From positions 57,970,001 to 58,034,000 of the forward strand of contig OX597820.1 in NCBI GenBank assembly GCA_951406725.2: 64,000 bases of DNA, in the 5' to 3' direction. A program made the translations under genes and the position numbers. Shown one piece after another: positions 1 to 13,468 of the stretch (the first letter of the stretch is position 1; every line of letters starts with the position of its first letter). The notes below the pieces were generated by a model. It searched no databases, had not been told where the DNA came from, and saw nothing but the letters and a program-made list of their open reading frames with translations. The stretch is from Octopus vulgaris (taxonomy: Eukaryota).

Positions 1-94
1 AGCGACATGCCTCTCAGAACAACATATGTTGTTACACATAGCTTTACAGTATCATGATATACATGACACCACTCACGGCAAAGTAATTCTACCT

Positions 95-600
95 TTGAAC
101 GGCATACATGACCTCAGGCCTTGCATTACAGGGAATGGGGTTTTCTACAGCCTTTTTTCTCCTGCCTCTATATATTTCGCAGAATGTTACAGTTGAGCAT
201 AAGCTATTTACTTTGGTTTTAAACGTTCTAAACTCTTCAACATCACAGGAAATCGCACTTGCCTGCTGGTCCTTGTTTGAAGCATGATCTTCCCAGGTAT
301 TGATGTCAATGATGGTTTTCATCAATGCATCTTTCAGAGAGTCTTTATAACTTTCCCTGGTTCAGCTCGGAATACATCACCTGTTTTGGCAATCGAATAC
401 CCTCTAGACACACAATATAACAAAACCATCTCTGTCGTTGGTGCAGTATCATAGATTCCACAGTTGTCATATGAACGCGTTTGCCAGTGGCATAAAGATT
501 TTCAAGAGATTTTCATAATGAGGCACAGGGACAGCTGGTGGAAACGATTCAGACGGGGAAGATGTCTGCTATACGTTGACCATGTTCCACAGCCGTATCA
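95..600 (-). mobile_element. Decayed RTE/BovB-like LINE, C-terminal (post-RT) fragment
   Basis: Minus-strand translation across frameshifts gives YGCGTWSTYSRHLPRLNRFHQ, RLPKQVMYSELNQGK and YKDSLKDALMKTIIDINTWEDHASNK, matching the LLYGxETW / RLPKxxxYxEL / IDxxxWExxA motifs of RTE-clade ORF ends. Confidence 0.8.
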
Positions 601-986
601 CGATATTCCTCAGGCACGTGCACATGAATATAATTCATAAGTACATATACACCTGCGTCGTATATGAATACATGGAAACAAGAAATAAGAATGAAATACC
701 TGATGCTTAAAGGTTGCAGGGATACATGCGAAAGGTATAGGCACGACAACCGATGCAGACTCGAATACAATCTGATGACCTGGAATGGGAAATTGAGAAA
801 TTCAAATGGCTACATGTGAGATGTTAGATGCGATAACTCAACGCGCGCACACACACACGCACACACACATACAGACACACACACATACATATATATAAAT
901 TGACAGACAGATATACATATACATACATGCATGCATACATATATATATATATAGACATACATGCATATAAACCTATATAAATGCAT

Positions 987-1027
<41 letters not shown>

Positions 1028-1437
1028 CATACATATATACATATATAAAGTACATGTATATATGTATATATGTGTGTGGTAATATATATATAAATGAATT
1101 GGCGCATTTGTCAATAATTATGCACGCATATATCTATATGCTCATGTCTATGTATATAAAAGATTTCCGCACTGTACCCGTTGACTTAACTCGCTAGTCG
1201 ATTCATTTCCACTGCGTATGCTAGACAGATGGGTATAGAAGTGTCTGGAATCCATTCCTCCTGTGTGGGAGTATGTGTATATGAATGTATGAACGTTGTT
1301 ATATACTGATGTATGCTTGTATAATGTATGCGTTTCTGCGTTAATGTATTGCATTTCTGCGTTTTCTTTCTGAACCTCTCTGCTTGTAGACCTGCTTACA
1401 TACATACATTCTACCAGATGGTCACAGACTGTATATA

Positions 1438-1482
<45 letters not shown>

Positions 1483-1599
1483 TACATATACGTATTTATA
1501 TGGAAATAGTCTGTGTATTAGTGTTTTCTTGTATGTGTGCTCCATTCCGCGCAGAACGCTTTGTGTGTTTTTGGTAGAATTTAAAATGCAAACTATATA

Positions 1600-1796
1600 C
1601 GAGCAAAGGTTGCTAGTTTTAAGGTTATCACGAAAGGCCTTGCTGGAGGTTCAACCTTCCGAGTTCTTTTACAGGGATTAGAAAAACTGCAATAAGTGTG
1701 TGAATCGGAGAGGAGAATACTTTGGATAAAATCACAATTAACTGATCATCTGTATTTTCTTTTACCTAAAGCCAGGAACTTTTCAACACCACATCG
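1600..1796 (+). mobile_element. Mariner-derived MITE (diverged copy)
   Basis: TA-flanked; right end CCAGGAACTTTTCAACACCACATCG-TA; internal remnant EVQPSEFFYRD*KNCNKCVNRRGEY; alignable by eye to 8676-8890. Confidence 0.7.
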
Positions 1797-2575
1797 TATA
1801 TGTGTCTCAGAATATTTTCGAAGATATGAATGTTTACGTGTGTATATGCTTAGATGTGTGTGTGTGTGTGTGTGTGTACTTAGGTGTGTGCTTAATTAGT
1901 ATATATGCTTGTGTGTGTGCATACTTCAGTGTGTAAGTGCCTTTACTTGTTTACGTATAATGTTTTATTTACTGTACTTAATTGAGACGTCGTTTTATAA
2001 ACAGTTACTATTAAGTGTTGTACATGAAATAGCCTAAAGTTTTACATTCACAGGAGATCACTCGACCAGCGCATTAGATACGTATATAAAGTTAAAAAGC
2101 CTCCACTACAACCGGATGTCGAAACTAGGGCGCTAATTTTGTTATTTTTTCCTCTCAGAAACTTATATTCTAAAACACCGGTAAATGCTCAAATATCTAC
2201 TGCGGTTGCTGGCACATAAGAAAGACACTAAAGCACAATGCAGTACAAAGATGTACGACTGGTCCGAAGGAGACTTTTTTGTCTCTTTAGGAGTTATTTT
2301 CGGTTATATTTATGTATAAAGGGTCGTTTAGCAGAACCGGTAGTGGGTCGGGAAAATGCCATATTTAATAGTACCCATTTAATATCCGAGTTCCTAATCC
2401 TCGAAGTTCGACTCTAGTCTTCACCCTTTCGGCCTTGATAAATAAGTACGAGTTAATTACTAAGGGACATTATATCCCACTATCTTTAATCTGTTATTAG
2501 TATTGTTCCATTTGAACTTGATTTTCATCACTGTAAGGGTCGATAATATAAGTACTGAATATGTATTTGCGTCTG

Positions 2576-2604
<29 letters not shown>

Positions 2605-2610
<6 letters not shown>

Positions 2611-4418
2611 AATAAAATAGAACATATGCATATATATAAACATATATGTACGTACCTACCTCTACATGTACATATACACGCATATATGTGTACAGGACAC
2701 CAAAAAGACGTCGAACACATAGAGAGACGAAAAACATAGACACAAACCAAGGAACAGGACAAGCAAAAAAAAAAAAAAAAAGGGATACAGGTCAATAAGC
2801 ACAACGAAAAATCCCCTTCTTCAGTCGCTAAGGTTTCATCTACTCTACGTTTCGAAGGATAAAAGCGAGACGTATCTTCGAAGAAACTTCCTTCCTGCGA
2901 AAAGCAAATCAATTAAAATTCTGAGATCTTTTCGCAGAGGGGTAAAAAATGGTAAAAAAAAAAGCAAGACGGTAACGACAGTACAAACATATAAACAGTA
3001 AAAAAATATATATAAACAGTGGAAAAATAAATATATAACAGTGAGAGACAGGACAAGGAGAACAAGATAAGAAGGGCTGTTTACGCCAGACGAAAAAAGT
3101 ATTGCAAACGCTGGATTATAGTGGACGACGAGAGAGAAGGAATGTCGACCAGTAGCCTTAGAAGGCGGGCGAGAAAAGACAGGATAGCAGTTACGACGGA
3201 AGTATCGTCGCAGATGGACGACGGGAATGGGGGAGGAGGAGCAAGAGGAGAGAGAGAAGAAGGGGAATGGTGCGAGGAGACCATGAAGAATGGTGAGGGG
3301 GAGAGAGAGAATGAAGAATGAGAGAGAGAGGAAGAGACAAGTTAAGTGAGGGAAAAAAGACGAAAAAGGGAATGGGATAGAAAGAAAGAAAGATGCAGAG
3401 TCGCGTGAGAGTTAATATCAAGGCTAACTTGATAAACAGAACAATCTTACTTAATGGGGTGCGTGCGTTTAGTCGTATAATATGTTAATAAAATAGAACA
3501 TATGCATATATATAAACATATATGTACGTACCTACCTTTACATGTACATATACACGCATATATGTGTACAGGACACCAAAAAGACGTCGAACACATAGAG
3601 AGACGAAAAACATAGACACAAACCAAGGAACAGGACAAGCAAAAAAAAAAAAAAAAAAGGGATACAGGACAATAAGCACAACGAAAAATCCCCTTCTTCA
3701 GTCGCTAAGGTTTCATCTACTCTACGTTTCGAAGGATAAAAGCGAGACGTATCTTCGAAGAAACTTCCTTCCTGCGAAAAGCAAATCAATTAAAATTCTG
3801 AGATCTTTTCGCAGAGGGGTAAAAAATGGTAAAAAAAAAGCAAGACGGTAACGACAGTACAAACATATAAACAGTAAAAAAATATATATAAACAGTGGAA
3901 AAATAAATATATAACAGTGAGAGACAGGACAAGGAGAACAAGATAAGAAGGGCTGTTTACGCCAGACGAAAAAAGTATTGCAAACGCTGGATTATAGTGG
4001 ACGACGAGAGAGAAGGAATGTCGACCAGTAGCCTTAGAAGGCGGGCGAGAAAAGACAGGATAGCAGTTACGACGGAAGTATCGTCGCAGATGGACGACGG
4101 GAATGGGGGAGGAGGAGCAAGAGGAAGAGAGAGAAGAAAGGGAATGGTGCGAGGAGACCATGAAGAATGGTGAGGGGGAGAGAGAGAATGAAGAATGAGA
4201 GAGAGAGGAAGAGACAAGTTAAGTGAGGGAAAAAAGACGAAAAAGGGAATGGGATAGAAAGAAAGAAAGAAGCAGAGTCGCGTGAGAGTTAATATCAAGG
4301 GTAACTTGATAAACAGAACAATCTTACTTAATAGGGTGCGTGCGTTTAGTCGTATAATATGTTAATAAAATAGAACATATGCATATATATAAACATATAT
4401 GTACGTACCTACCTCTAC

Positions 4419-4420
<2 letters not shown>
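2605..4420. repeat. Head-to-tail tandem repeat of an 876-877 bp unit (two copies plus a 63-bp start of a third)
   Basis: Unit start TATGTTAATAAAATAGAAC at 2605, 3481 and 4358; copies differ at only a few positions; flanked by (TA)n and (TA)n(TG)n. Confidence 0.97.
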
Positions 4421-4502
<82 letters not shown>

Positions 4503-4682
4503 ACTGTTGTGTCTGGGGAGAGTCATTTTCTTTTTGTACCTTATAATTTAACACACTCACTGGTAAAATTTCCACTTATTTCTTATTTTTTATTTTCCTA
4601 AATAACAGAATATGCTTCAATACACGAACTCACATAAAGAATCTCGCAAACCAAATCCAAAAACGAAATATATATGTGTGTG

Positions 4683-4722
<40 letters not shown>

Positions 4723-6068
4723 TACCCTTACTTTTTCAAAACTAGATACTTGTATAGAAACTGCCATCGTTGAACATTTAGCTCCATATAAAATTCTTTT
4801 TGACTGCTAGTGCTACCAACAACCCACGTTTATAGCAAAATCTGCCAATGAAGTTATTTTAGAACAGAAAAAGAATTATTGCTCTCACTTTTACTTTCTT
4901 CTTTATCTTTCCATCCCAAAGCATTCCATCCCAAAGCACCCCTTCACAGAGCCTAACATTTCCTCGTGTTGACAGCTCTGTAATATTTTTCAACTCTTAT
5001 CCTATCGCCAGACATTTCCCCGCATATTTTCAATCCCTTTCTTAGACGCTAACTTCACAACACCAATAACACAAAACAACAACAAAAAGGTCTTAACTAG
5101 AGAGCTTCTACACTAGATAGAATTTTACCTTCCTTTGGTGGCCATTTTTTATACAGTGTCAAAACAAAAACACGTCCGTCAAAGTTAGCCTATCTTTGAT
5201 GACATTCCTGCTGAAAATTCACCATCATTGCTTTGCAGTACCACGAAATAGTGGTAAGGGATAGCTGAAGGCATGTTTTTGTGTCGAAAGAATATTTTTT
5301 CCTGTTGTCACTGTTATTGATCAAAATCCAGTAAAAGTTAGCAATGTATATTTTCAGATTCTTCATTTTCAATATGATCTACTGAGTGGTTAGTCATTTT
5401 TAAAATTTTCAGTTTTAACTGAAGATCAACAGAACATTTGACTGTAGTAGATCATCCTTGTTAGAGCATGATCAGAATTTTCAATTTCAGTTTTTAAATT
5501 CATTTTTCGGGGTGAAGATAAAATCTGGATACATGAGACATATCGCTAATATTCTTCTTTTTTCTTCCACAAATTGAATATGAGTTTGTCGAAAAAAGAA
5601 AGAATTGAATTATTCTATAATGTAAACCATATTGGAATTGTTATTCATCGATGCAGTTCAAGAAAATTATTGAAAATATGAATTTTCGCCTTTAGGGTCA
5701 TCCCGTATTCCTATCATGAAATTTCAACAAATTGCAGTGCATAAACAGACAAAACATAAAGCAAATCTTTATGGACGAAGGCTTAAAGCCAAAATTGACA
5801 GCAAAGCATCAAGGGACACTTGCTATATATAGGCACATAACTTATACATGTGTATATGTACACACACAAACACACATACACACACAAACAGACATACACA
5901 TGTATGTATTTATGCATGTATGTGTATATATTTGTATGTGTGTGTGTAATTCATAAAAGATATTTTAGAAAGATACTGAGTTATACTATAAGGATATACA
6001 TAAGAGCCAAGCACTATTGATATATTTCCCACAAAATCCTATTCCACTGAGTTAAAACAGAATCTTGT

Positions 6069-6300
6069 AAGGCGTTGAGCTGGCAGAATCGTTGGCTCAC
6101 CGAACAAAATGCTAAGGAGCATTTCGTCCGTCTTTACGTTCTGAGGTTAAATATCGCCGAAGTCGACCTTCAGGGTAGGCAACATAAGTACCTGTTGAGC
6201 ACTGGGGTTGAAAAATAAATAGAAATTGAGTATTGGGTGCGATGTAATCGACTTACCCATTTCCTCGGAATTGCTGGCCTTGTGTCAAACTTTGAAATCA
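6069..6300 (+). mobile_element. SINE family A, diverged copy
   Basis: GAGCTGGCAGAATCGTT head, decayed B-box region, GGCCTTGTG tail shared with other copies in the window. Confidence 0.75.
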
Positions 6301-6417
6301 ATATAAAATTTCCACATTTTCAAGAGGCATATATACTTAAAGGCGTCGTTTATTTCTATATTAATTGTTAGCTTGCTAATTATTTTCTGGTAGTTGTTAC
6401 TATTGCTGCTACTCTAA

Positions 6418-7188
6418 GGCGGCGAGATGGCAGAATCGTTAGCACGCCGGGCGAAATGCGTATCCGTATTTCGTCTGCCGTTTCGTTCTGAGTTCAAATT
6501 CCACCGAGGCCGACTTTGCCTTTCATCCTTTCGGGGTCGATTAAATAAGTACCAGTTACGCACTGGGGTCGATATAATTGACTTAATCCGTTTGTCTGTC
6601 CTTGTTTATCCTCTCTGTGTTTCGCCGCTTGTGGGTAATAAAAAATAGGTATTTCCTCTGCCGCTACGTTCTGAGTTCAAATTCCGCCGAGGTCGACTTT
6701 GCTTTTCATCCTTTCGGGGTCAATTAAATAAGCACCAGTTACGCACTGGAGTCGATATAATCGACTTAATCTGTTTGTCTGTCCTTGTTTTTTCCACTTT
6801 GTGTTTCGCCGCTTGAGGTTAATAAAGAAATAGGTATTTCCTCTGCCATTACGTTCTGCGTTCAAATTCCGCCGAGGTCGACTTTGCCTTTCATCCTTTC
6901 GGGATCGATTAAATAAGTACCAGTTACGCACTGGGGTCGATATAATTGACTTAATCCGTTTGTCTGTCCTTGTTTATCCTCTCTGTGTTTCGCCGTTTGT
7001 GGGTAATAAAAAATAAGTATTTCCTCTGCCGCTACGTTCTGAGTTCAAATTCCGCCGAGGTCGACTTTGCTTTTCATCCTTTCGGGGTCAATTAAATAAG
7101 CACCAGTTACGCACTGGAGTCGATATAGTCGACTTAATCTCTTACCCCAAATTTGAGGCCTTGTGCTTCCAGTAGAAAGGACCATTAC
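6418..7188 (+). mobile_element. SINE family A with four internal 183-185 bp tandem units
   Basis: tRNA-like head GGCGGCGAGATGGCAGAATCGTTAGC; GTTCTG(A/C)GTTCAAATTCC recurs at 6485, 6668, 6853 and 7036; a single tail ending GGCCTTGTGC...AGTAGAAAGG. Confidence 0.92.
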
Positions 7189-7559
7189 AGCTGTTCTATG
7201 AAACATTTTCACTTCCTAAATCTAACACTGATGTATGTTCTTCATTGTATGAATTTAACGCTTGATAACCGTTGCATTGATTCTGAGGTATTAGATAATA
7301 TCGACGATTAGTCATCGCTGCTATTGTAGGTAATTATTATAATTGTTGTTCTCCTTTGTATTGTTCTCCATGTTGCTGTTTCCGTTTAACTTTCATTGGT
7401 CCCCGGTCGAAGAGACCTGTGACCAATTGTGTTCCAGTCGTTGTCAATTCCGTTTCTTTGGGAGAATCTAGGATTGGTTAATCTAATCCACTCGTTCGTT
7501 TTTGAGTGACAGTTAGGTGTAATTTTTCCACAGGCACACACACATATGCACACGCACAC

Positions 7560-7657
<98 letters not shown>
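7560..7657. repeat. (GATA)n microsatellite
   Basis: Perfect tetranucleotide run; another at 16169-16248. Confidence 0.98.
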
Positions 7658-7915
7658 TGAGAAAGTATATATATATGTGTGTGTTTGTAAAAGATGACCG
7701 CCTCAAAGAATAAGAAAACTCCGTACTGAGTATTTTATTGTGCATGTTGGAACGTTCAAGGCCACACAATAACTAAGCATACACGCGCGTGTGTGTGTGT
7801 GAGAGAGAGAGAAACAGAGTGAGAGTATATGTGTGTGTATATACACATATATACATACAGACACATACACACCAAACATGCGCACACACACACACTCTCA
7901 TATTTTTACACATGG

Positions 7916-7955
<40 letters not shown>

Positions 7956-8675
7956 TGTATTTATGCGTATATATGTGTATATATATGAGCATGTTGAACT
8001 GTTTTTATTTTAAACATTGAGAAGAAACAGTGAAAGCAGTTTTTTTCTTATCACGATTGCTTTCGCATTTCCTTATAATTTAATCATATTTGGTGCGGAA
8101 CACTAAATTCTCAAGCTCCATCAATATTTGATGAATATCCCAGATCTCTGGATTAAACAAATTTTCACTGGTGTTTATTATTACGTTATTTTTGTTATTT
8201 AGCGCAAGGTTCAACCCCGCCCAAGTCCTGCACTAATGACTACGCCCTGTACTTCCTTCCTAGAATGTCGTTCTTCTGCCATTGTCTCCTTGTACGTATC
8301 TTTCTCTTAAGCGTCGGCTCACAAAAGTTCGCGAGAAACATTAACGGCATCAATCTCACTGGCCTCAGAATGCCTACGAAAGTCATGAGTGCTGCCTCTA
8401 TCTCCAAACCCAGCAAGTAAAACAGAACGGTCTACTTTGATTGGGTAAACCTATAGCTAAAAAAAATAAAACATTCTGGCTCTGGCCATTACATCGATGG
8501 TAAACTATTTAAAGTAACAACGAAATATAAAACAATGTAATCAGCTGGGGCGACATTACCTAGTGTATTTCTCCTCTCCCACGTTTAAGACAGTGGTATT
8601 TGACTAGTAAATTTGACTATTAATTGTAGCAGATCATGAGCTAGTTTAGAAAGGAAGTCTTTTGCTGGCTTCTTA

Positions 8676-8890
8676 GGAAGGGGTGCTGAAAACGTGCTGG
8701 CTTTATGGGTATCGCGAAAGGCCTGATTCGAGGCCCAACGTTCCAAGTTCTTTTACAGAGCTTAGAAAAAACCCCTGAAGAAACGTTGCAATAAGTGTGT
8801 GAATTTGGGAGGGAAATATGTTGAACAAAATCATGATTAACTGATCTTCGTGTATTTTCTTTTACCCAGGACCTTTTCAGCACTCACTCG
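8676..8890 (+). mobile_element. Mariner-derived MITE
   Basis: TA-GGAAGGGGTGCTGAAAACGTGCTGG ... CCAGGACCTTTTCAGCACTCACTCG-TA imperfect TIRs with TA flanks; internal FEAQRSKFFYRA*KKPLKKRCNKCVNLGGKYVE resembles a mariner transposase C-terminus. Confidence 0.82.
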
Positions 8891-9219
8891 TACAGTTTTG
8901 GCTGTAGAAAACAGTTATTACTACCAGCTTTTACATTTTCTGACCTTTCATCTACGTTTTTATTCAGTAATCAGTAAATGGAATAGTTAAACTATCGGCT
9001 GTTCAGTTGTTACTAGGGTGAATTATTTGTGCATTCTACGTTGTACTTACAAACGAAAACTTCTGTGATTTACATAATTCCGTTGTGTTATTAAGTCTAA
9101 GAACACGTAAGTGTGTATGATTAAGTATTTTGTATAGCGGTCAGGTGGTTCGAATTAGATACCACGGAACAGTAACGTTGGTAGCACTAACCAGAGCCTT
9201 GGGATTGAAATCTGGTAAA

Positions 9220-9381
9220 CATCCATCCATCCATCCATCCATCCATCCATCCATCCATCCATACATACATACATACATACACGCATGCACGCACGCATAT
9301 ACATACATACATACATACATACATACATACATACATACATACATACATACATACATACATACATACATACATACATACATA
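9220..9381. repeat. (CCAT)n(ACAT)n compound microsatellite
   Basis: Direct reading; related (ATAC)n tracts at 16653-16735, 48371-48440 and 56020-56090. Confidence 0.97.
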
Positions 9382-9940
9382 GGTAAATTGATAGATATGA
9401 TGCTGGTGAGTGTCCGTCAATCGGAGTCGAGGATTCAGTTGTTTGGTCAAATGAATAAACCTGCTCCTGAATAAACGTGGACGTAGTTGAGCATTATACT
9501 CACGAGTACCCTTATCGTAATTCCTAGCTTGAAACAGCGTGACAGAGTAACTTTTGAATTACCGGTATAATCCACCCGACTGGATTCTATACTTTTTCCG
9601 TTCACCAAAAGACAACTGACAAAGAAGACACGTAATGAGATCGAACCTGTGACTTCACAATTGTTAAGCGAACTTCATAGCCATTTAAATATACTTATCT
9701 CCGATACATAAACACATACATATAAACATGTAAACACACACACATATATACACACATTCATGCATACATGTGTGTGTGAGTACACGCAAGCCTCTATGTT
9801 ATGGAGACAAATATTCACATCGTTGTCAATATTCTTTTCTACTCTAGGCACAAGACCCGAAAATTTGCGGGGAGGGGGTCAGTCGATTAGATCGACCCTA
9901 GTGCAGAATTTGAACTCAAAACGTAAAGACAGAAAAAATA

Positions 9941-9970
<30 letters not shown>

Positions 9971-9977
<7 letters not shown>

Positions 9978-10240
9978 TGTATAGAGGGCATTATTACACA
10001 TAAATGCCTCACGCTAAGAGGGACATAAGTCATTACTACCAAAATTTAACTAATCATAACCTAATGCAGCTCCCGAAGCAAGACATTAAAAAAACTGAAT
10101 CTTTTTAAATGTCTTGCTTTTTTAAATGTCTTGCTTCGGGAGCTGCATTAGGTATGATTAGTTAAATTTTGGTAGTAATGACTTACGTCCCTCTTAGCGT
10201 GAGGCATTTATGTGTAATAATGCCCTCTATACAATATAAA
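9971..10240. repeat. Long near-perfect inverted repeat (about 120-bp arms) inside a (TA)n-embedded insert
   Basis: TTTATATTGTATAGAGGGCATTATTACAC...GAAGCAAGACATT pairs with AATGTCTTGCTTC...GTGTAATAATGCCCTCTATACAATATAAA; spacer about 30 nt containing an extra AAATGTCTTGCTT. Confidence 0.95.
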
Positions 10241-10889
10241 TAAATATTTAAGTGAAAAAATTATTTTCGAATTTTTTCTCTTATGAGGTTTTTCACGCTA
10301 ACTACCTGATAATTTCTTGTTAAGATTCCTTACTAAGATTTTATCCTTGATTGTTAATTTATATATATATATATATATATACCAGAAGTACTTTAGTTTT
10401 TTTTCAGTTTAAGATTACATTAAAAGTTGCAGTTGTTTCTTCTTTTATGTATAGTTTAACGTTTAGAGTCGTTAAATGTAATACTTAGGTAAATATCCTA
10501 ATCTCATTAGTCACCTGAATTTTATCCAGCGACAAGCAGTTTAAAGCATTGATGATATAGAGATTGAATTACGTGCGCGCGGAGGGAAGGGGGTATATTT
10601 GCGTGCGTTCGAGCATGCGCGAAGAAACTACTATCACGACCGTTCCCTCTCTTTTTTTTCTGTCAGAGTATGTCTATGGTCACATTATCTAATGTAATAT
10701 TTTTTAAGACGGTAGAAAGCATGAAGAATTGGATGTTATTTTTGCAGGTCGAATAATCACGTTATTTAAAGCATTATAGTTTTCTTACCATGTTCATTTG
10801 TTTATACCCAAAATGGTCTGCTACAATATTTTAATGTACTTTATTAACTAGCGAGTAATGAATTTTATAAGCAAAGCTTTAAATCTGTA

Positions 10890-11186
10890 TTGTTTGTTCC
10901 TTCTCGAGCCACGCCTGGTTCATAGGGCCGGTTTCCCGGTTTCCTTGGCGTATAGGTTCCCCACCTGAACGGGACGCCGGTCCGTCGCAGGTGAGCTACA
11001 AGAAGAAAGAGTGAGAGCAAGTTGTGGCGAAAGAGTAAGCAGAAGTTCGCCATTACCTTCTGCCGGAGCCGCGTGGAGCTTAGGTGTTTCGCTCATAAAC
11101 ACACACATCGACCGGTTTGAGATTCGAACCTGCGATCCCTCGACCGCGAACCGGCTGCTCTCACCACTAGGCCATGTGCCTCCACC
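10890..11186 (-). mobile_element. SINE family C (tRNA-derived head GTGGAGGCACATGGCCTAGTGGT)
   Basis: A-box TGGCCTAGTGG and B-box GGTTCGAATCT on the minus strand; body shared with 22056-22351 and 23250-23520. Confidence 0.9.
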
Positions 11187-13232
11187 TTAAGTCTGTATAG
11201 ATATTCTATACTCTAATACTTGCTTACACATTTTTCAGCGTATATAATATATCCTGTTGCAGACTTATAGGTCTTAGTACACTGGTCATTCAGCTACGAC
11301 CAGGAGCCATTAAAAGATAAAATAAGTCTCTGAATTTGTAGGTTTCTTCAAGATCTTTTCAACAGTTAATGGTTTCCATTCTTCTATTGTTCATAGCTCC
11401 TTGTTAATTTAACTTTTCTTTGTATCTCTCTCATAGACGCTGCTAGATAGAGATATACTATTTACTATTGGTAACATTTATTTAATAAATATAAAAAAAA
11501 AAGAGAAACTGCGTTTGTAGCAGCTTAAAAGAACAGCCATTTTCTGTGTAGATAAAGCTATAGACAAAATTCTATGACGATATAAATGTACAGTCAGAGC
11601 ATAACATTATAAAGACTGCCAAAAACTAACTCTGATAATGTGTACTTTATTTACATAAAAAAAAGAAAAATATGTTTGTAATAGCTTAAAAAAAGACTAT
11701 TTGTATACAGATAAAAAACACAAAACTCTATAAAGAAAAAATGTATAGTAAGCGCATATGTGCTATAAGGACTGCTAAAAATTAAATTCGTTATATTGTT
11801 ACAAGGCCAGCAATTTTGAGAGAAGAGATAATTCAGTCATTTCGCCCCTTATTTTATCGACCCCGAAAGGATAAAAGGTAAAATCGACCTCACATTATTT
11901 AGAAAGGTGAAATATACAGTAACAAAAAAAAAAAAATTCAATTTTATTCAATGAACCATGTGACTGATGTTTCTTTTTTTTTTATATATAATTGTGGCCA
12001 GGAAAGCAGTTTTAAGGTACTTAATTCCATAGACCTCGAATGGATGAAAAGATAAGTTTACTCAAGCTGATTTTTAACTCCAAGGACACGGAACGAAAAC
12101 TGTAAGGCATTTTTCTGAAACTCTAATGATTCTGCCAGCTCACGGCTCTTGCAATCCTTACTATAATGATGGCTTGTTAAACAGTAACATACAACTATGT
12201 AAATGATAGATATCTGTTTTGGTGAAATATGAAGATTATGCAATTGTGTTTTTGTGGATTGGGTAGTTAAGTTTCTTATGTGACCCTCTGAGAAACATAT
12301 ATATATAACCCTGAACTGTCCCACTTTTTCACATGCCCTCTAAAATTGCAATAGTGTTCTTTGGGTGGCCTATGTTTCCAAATCGAGAATCACTGTCTTA
12401 AAACATTATAGGAAGGTCATACATATTTCACGAAGATTAGATTAGAAAGAGAGAGACATGATGTAATTATATTTTTAAGGTCGTGTTTCGTACAAATTTC
12501 CTCGAGACAAAACTTCTAGTTTCAAATCAGTAACTGTGTTCTACGGAGTTAAAATAAGTTTCAGCTTTCAAGCAGCTCAGTTTGTAGTAAAACAGCAAGA
12601 GATGTGGCTTCGGTCACAAACTAAGATAAAGGTTTCGAGTTGCTGAAGAGACCAACTAGGTCAAACAAATCGTTTATCTCATGGTTTTCTGAAATTCTGC
12701 GAACAACGATTCGTTTGTAAATATTACCACTATACACATACACACAGAAACACAAACACACATGGGCGCAGGCTCATACACACACATATACATATATGAA
12801 TATGTGTGCATGTTTTATGCCTATATGGTAGAGCGAGAAGGGACATATATATGTGCTTAGATAGAAATATTCATATAGCTATGTATGTATGCGTGTACGT
12901 ACATACGTACGTAAGTGTTTATGTATGTACACACATCTGTTTAACATTTTATTAATATAGCACGACAACTTCCCTGAAGAAATTCCAACTAGTCTACTAC
13001 TGAATCTCGTTACAGTTTCTGGTAATATAAAACGCGGCAAGATTATCCATTGGCAATCTACTTCAAATACATTGGTCGCCTCTATTTTTGCTCAATCCGC
13101 TCACGATCAAATCTCATTGCCACCACCACAACCACCACCGCCACCACCACTACTACTGCAACTCTCCCCAACATTCAGGCGCGGCTTTTCTTCACTTCCT
13201 GTCAGCTGGAGTGACTAGCATTTCTGTTTGCG

Positions 13233-13279
<47 letters not shown>

Positions 13280-13299
13280 ATTCATGAATATATTCGTAT

Positions 13300-13332
<33 letters not shown>

Positions 13333-13433
13333 CATACATGTGTGTGTGTGTGTTTAAATCTGTTGTCACACGGCAGATTACACTTATTACTATCTACATA
13401 CGTGTACACGCAGCACGTGCATGATTACGTGTT

Positions 13434-13468
<35 letters not shown>

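Noticed and set aside
2810-2900. Possible permuted hammerhead in the 877-bp unit
   Set aside because: Core words are present on the minus strand but stem I does not pair and the stem II junction is mismatched.
10890-11186. SINE heads as tRNA genes
   Set aside because: A and B boxes are present but run into SINE bodies with no complete cloverleaf.
11475-11800. Old tandem duplication of about 165 bp
   Set aside because: Real but highly diverged and AT-rich, with no further signal.
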